Made by a program: the position numbers and the translations under genes | Shown here: positions 32,876 through 35,858 of the stretch, one piece after another | Layout of the letters: each line of letters starts with the position of its first letter | Position numbering within the stretch: the stretch's first letter is position 1 | Origin: Trichomonas gallinae | Lineage: Eukaryota | DNA length: 35,858 bases | NCBI GenBank assembly: GCA_008369845.1 | Contig: MRSU01010298.1 | Span: forward strand, 1-35,858 | Direction: 5' to 3' | Notes under the pieces: model-generated | Seen by the model: the letters and a program-made list of their open reading frames with translations, nothing else | Told to the model about the DNA's origin: nothing | Database searches by the model: none

Positions 32876-34885
32876 ATGTCCGACGAAGAACTTCATTTTG
32901 AAACGCACAACTCTAGCTCAAATGCAGGGAATGACCTTAATAGTCCCAGTTTGACGCCTGATGAGCTTGAAATTGTCAATTCCGTTCAACCGTCGAGTTC
33001 GTTATTAAATGCTTTAAGTAATTACAAGCCAAGATATCAGTCGTATCATGGGGATATAAGAATAGATGACAGTGATAACAATTATGACTCAAATCAAAGT
33101 AATGAAAGTGAAAATTTTATTCATCACGTAAATTCTGCCGGAAACTATGAACAAGCTATTATAGACTTCGGAAAACCACCGCCTGAGAACTCTGATGAAA
33201 TAAGTCCTGTCTCAATGTTCGGGGTCACTGAACCTGAGAATTACAAGATAAATTATACAGGAGAAGCATCACTAGCAATAGAGAATACTTTTCCTTACGT
33301 TGAAAAGCAATTAACTGAAGAAGAGGAAGATCTTTCAAATATTCCTCTCGATACAGACTTAATGTCTGAGCATACAATGGCTCTGACAGTCAGCGCGCTT
33401 CTTAACAACATCATGGGCGAAACAAAAACAAATTTAAGCTCAGATCCATCAACTCCACAAATTTCTTATGTCGATTATCAAGCGAAACAGGAAGATAAGC
33501 TGAGAAGACTTGCTGCACAGGCATCATCAGCAGAAAGACTGTCGAAACCGAAACCTAAAAAAATTCCATTGGATGAAATACCGCAACCGCCGACATCTCG
33601 CAAGAGATCCAGGAAGGAACAGGAGCTGGCGTCGGAAAGACTGGCAAAAGTCCATCCAATACAGGCAAAAGATATTCCAGAACCAAAACATGAGAAAAAA
33701 GTCAACAAAGTTAAGGTTGTGAGAGCAGATTCAGCAGTAGCTAGGCCTTCTTCACTCAAACAAGACAATTTCCCCGAAAATTACAAGAAATTAACAATGC
33801 TAGATTTAGAAAGTCCTACTTACGAAAAAGCTCCGAAGGATTTCGTAGAACTGATATCTGGCAGAAAGGCAAGGCCGCAGTCTTCAAATGCTTATCTCAA
33901 GAAAAAAGAAATTGAAAGCAAATATACTTATAAAGAAATTGCAGAAATGGTTGACAAGCTCATAGCAGGTCACAAACAGAAACTCGAAGACCCAGGAACA
34001 ATTGCGGATATGATAAATGAACTAACGAACAGAAGAATCACAGCTTTAAACAAATCAGATTATTTGCAATCACTAAAACTGCAAAAACTAGCAGATGAAA
34101 TCAAGACTCAATTCAGGCTGAGGGACAGAGAGCAGTTCCACCAGGAATACATCGCGGATTTAAACAGCAGACTCAAAGACTCAAAACTCGCGCTGAAAAA
34201 GGCAGAACAAGAATGGGCGAAGAAGGAAAAATCGCTACAACAAGCTCAGAAAGAGCAGATGGAGAAACTAGAAGAGAGAATGGACAACGACATGGCTGAC
34301 TTAGAGTATAAGTGGCAGGCACCAGAAACAACGCGAAGATTTTCTAAAAAATCGCCGCAGTTGTTGAACCAGGCAGTTATGGAGCGAAACATGGCGTTGA
34401 TTGGCGATTTAGAGGGCGCCGCTAAGATGCAAAAGGTTGTGCGCAAGAACGAGCAGTTAGAGGCAGAAGAGAAGTACTCAGACATGCAGACATCTTTCGA
34501 GAAAGAGAGGAATAATTTAATAGAGCAGCAAGACAGAGACTTGGAGCATTTGAAAACAGCGCAGTATTTAGAGTTCACGACATTCAACAGACAGAAAGAT
34601 GAAGTCATCGACGCGATCAAGAAGAGAATCTCCACATACGAGAGAATAATTGGCGAAGACTCAGACATAGACAGGTTCTGCGCGCGAAAATTCAAGAGGA
34701 CGTCAGATGTTGTCATCCCAATAAATGAGGACATCCCGACGCAGGGAAAGGCAAGGGCGACTCCTGTTAATCTGGGCGGAATAATGAGTTTTCGAGAGGC
34801 CCCTGTTGCAAGCCCACTGCAATTGCCAACACTTAAAATCAAGAAATCGGCAAGAAAGAAAACTTTGAAATTAGCGAATTTATAA
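32876..34885 (+). CDS. Hypothetical 669-aa protein with a disordered acidic N-terminus and a long C-terminal coiled coil
   Basis: Long ORF with ATG after an Inr; E/K/Q-rich helical region from roughly residue 350 to 600; no catalytic motif. Confidence 0.92.
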   Translation: MSDEELHFETHNSSSNAGNDLNSPSLTPDELEIVNSVQPSSSLLNALSNYKPRYQSYHGDIRIDDSDNNYDSNQSNESENFIHHVNSAGNYEQAIIDFGKPPPENSDEISPVSMFGVTEPENYKINYTGEASLAIENTFPYVEKQLTEEEEDLSNIPLDTDLMSEHTMALTVSALLNNIMGETKTNLSSDPSTPQISYVDYQAKQEDKLRRLAAQASSAERLSKPKPKKIPLDEIPQPPTSRKRSRKEQELASERLAKVHPIQAKDIPEPKHEKKVNKVKVVRADSAVARPSSLKQDNFPENYKKLTMLDLESPTYEKAPKDFVELISGRKARPQSSNAYLKKKEIESKYTYKEIAEMVDKLIAGHKQKLEDPGTIADMINELTNRRITALNKSDYLQSLKLQKLADEIKTQFRLRDREQFHQEYIADLNSRLKDSKLALKKAEQEWAKKEKSLQQAQKEQMEKLEERMDNDMADLEYKWQAPETTRRFSKKSPQLLNQAVMERNMALIGDLEGAAKMQKVVRKNEQLEAEEKYSDMQTSFEKERNNLIEQQDRDLEHLKTAQYLEFTTFNRQKDEVIDAIKKRISTYERIIGEDSDIDRFCARKFKRTSDVVIPINEDIPTQGKARATPVNLGGIMSFREAPVASPLQLPTLKIKKSARKKTLKLANL

Positions 34886-34937
34886 TCATGTTTATATATT
34901 ATTTATGTTTGTTTTAAATACTATCATATATTATACT

Positions 34938-35520
34938 TTATATTTTCAATCGAAAACAAGTGGTCTCAAGGTACCAAAAGGAGTTTGTGCAGCGCAAGCC
35001 AATGCAAGATAAAACTCTGGTAGCCTCACAATTGCGTTTTTTAACAGCATGAAACATTTTATTTTTGTTTTCTAATGCATTAACATAAATACCAGGAATA
35101 GCAACAAAATTTTTGATAGTTTCTTCATTACATTTTTCACAAGCATACATTAAAGCTGTCCAATTATAATCGTCTCTTGCGTTTACATCAATTAAACTAT
35201 TCGTACTAAAGGTTTTAACAAAATTTTTATAGCCTTCTTGAATTGCATACATAAATGGTGTGATTTTATCACTTAAGCACTTTTCGATGCATGAGAGATT
35301 AAGAAGGATGTTCATCATTGCTTGGTTCCTGAAATAATTAGCTTTGGATAAAGTTGTAATGCTCATACCTGGAAATGAAGAAAAATCTTTGACGAGATCA
35401 TAATTACTATTTTTCGCTGCATAAAAAGCATTGCGCTGTTACCGATGAAATCATGTCAATTACCATCAATTCTCGGAACTTCAAGAAGCAACATACTTAT
35501 AATGAATGCAAATCCACTAA
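34938..35520 (-). pseudogene. Ankyrin-repeat pseudogene
   Basis: ITPFMYA, IDVNARDDYNWTALMYA and IPGIYVNA in the track ORF. Upstream, LLEVPRIDGN*HDFIGNSAM/FYAAKNSNYDLVKDFL is broken by a stop and frameshifts. Confidence 0.85.
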
Positions 35521-35732
35521 TAGATAGTCGACGCATAATGAGTGATTCATATATCGGTCACAAGAATGCAACAAGAAAGCACTTATGCACTCCAAAAAGG
35601 CTTCATTTGTAGAGCCAATATAATTTTTGTTTCGGATTTCCTTGTTTAAAAACTCAATGGCATTTATATAGCATTGTAATGGTGTTTATAAATAAGGTTT
35701 CTAAAAATGACGCGTTTTTTTCATATTTACTT

Positions 35733-35858
35733 TTACTTAGAGAATTTTGGTTGTGTCTGTGTCATGAAGAAGTCTTCGCCGATTGGTGACTTGAGTGAGT
35801 TCATCTCTGCCTGTGCACAGACAACAACCATATCAACACTTCCTGTGTTCTTCAAGTT
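35733..35858 (-). CDS. 3' end of a gene extending beyond the window (unknown product)
   Basis: Open minus frame from the window end, NLKNTGSVDMVVVCAQAEMNSLKSPIGEDFFMTQTQPKFSK*, with coding-like GC content and TAA overlapping TAAA. Confidence 0.75.
   Translation of the reverse strand, partial: NLKNTGSVDMVVVCAQAEMNSLKSPIGEDFFMTQTQPKFSK

Overview
AT-rich, gene-sparse, almost intron-free eukaryotic DNA that looks like Trichomonas (T. vaginalis or a close relative). This rests on Inr-like TCAYT elements just before start codons, a 25-nt intron ending CTAACAAACAG, and trichomonad-style expanded families. Intact or near-intact genes: the 3' end of a class III adenylyl cyclase, three R2R3 Myb factors, an atypical two-domain E2F/DP-like factor, a Ser/Thr kinase, CCDC61/VFL3, a sugar-porter MFS transporter, three ubiquitin-like-domain proteins (two paralogues ending LPxFW), two paralogues of an unnamed 'IDRLA..CW..ENW...LLNYH' family, a spliced SAPS-like gene with no ATG in exon 1, a large coiled-coil protein, and two unassigned ORFs. 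Two bacterial-type sequences are disrupted: a membrane-anchored heparinase II/III-like lyase with a frameshift and a threonine aldolase fragment. The long intergenic regions hold decayed ankyrin genes, four promoter-proximal repeat structures (about 20, 99, 109 and 135 bp periods), recurring candidate cis-motifs and a hairpin cluster next to the 20-bp array. I found no tRNA, rRNA, CRISPR array or recognisable transposon. All family calls come from motif recognition by eye; no searches were run.
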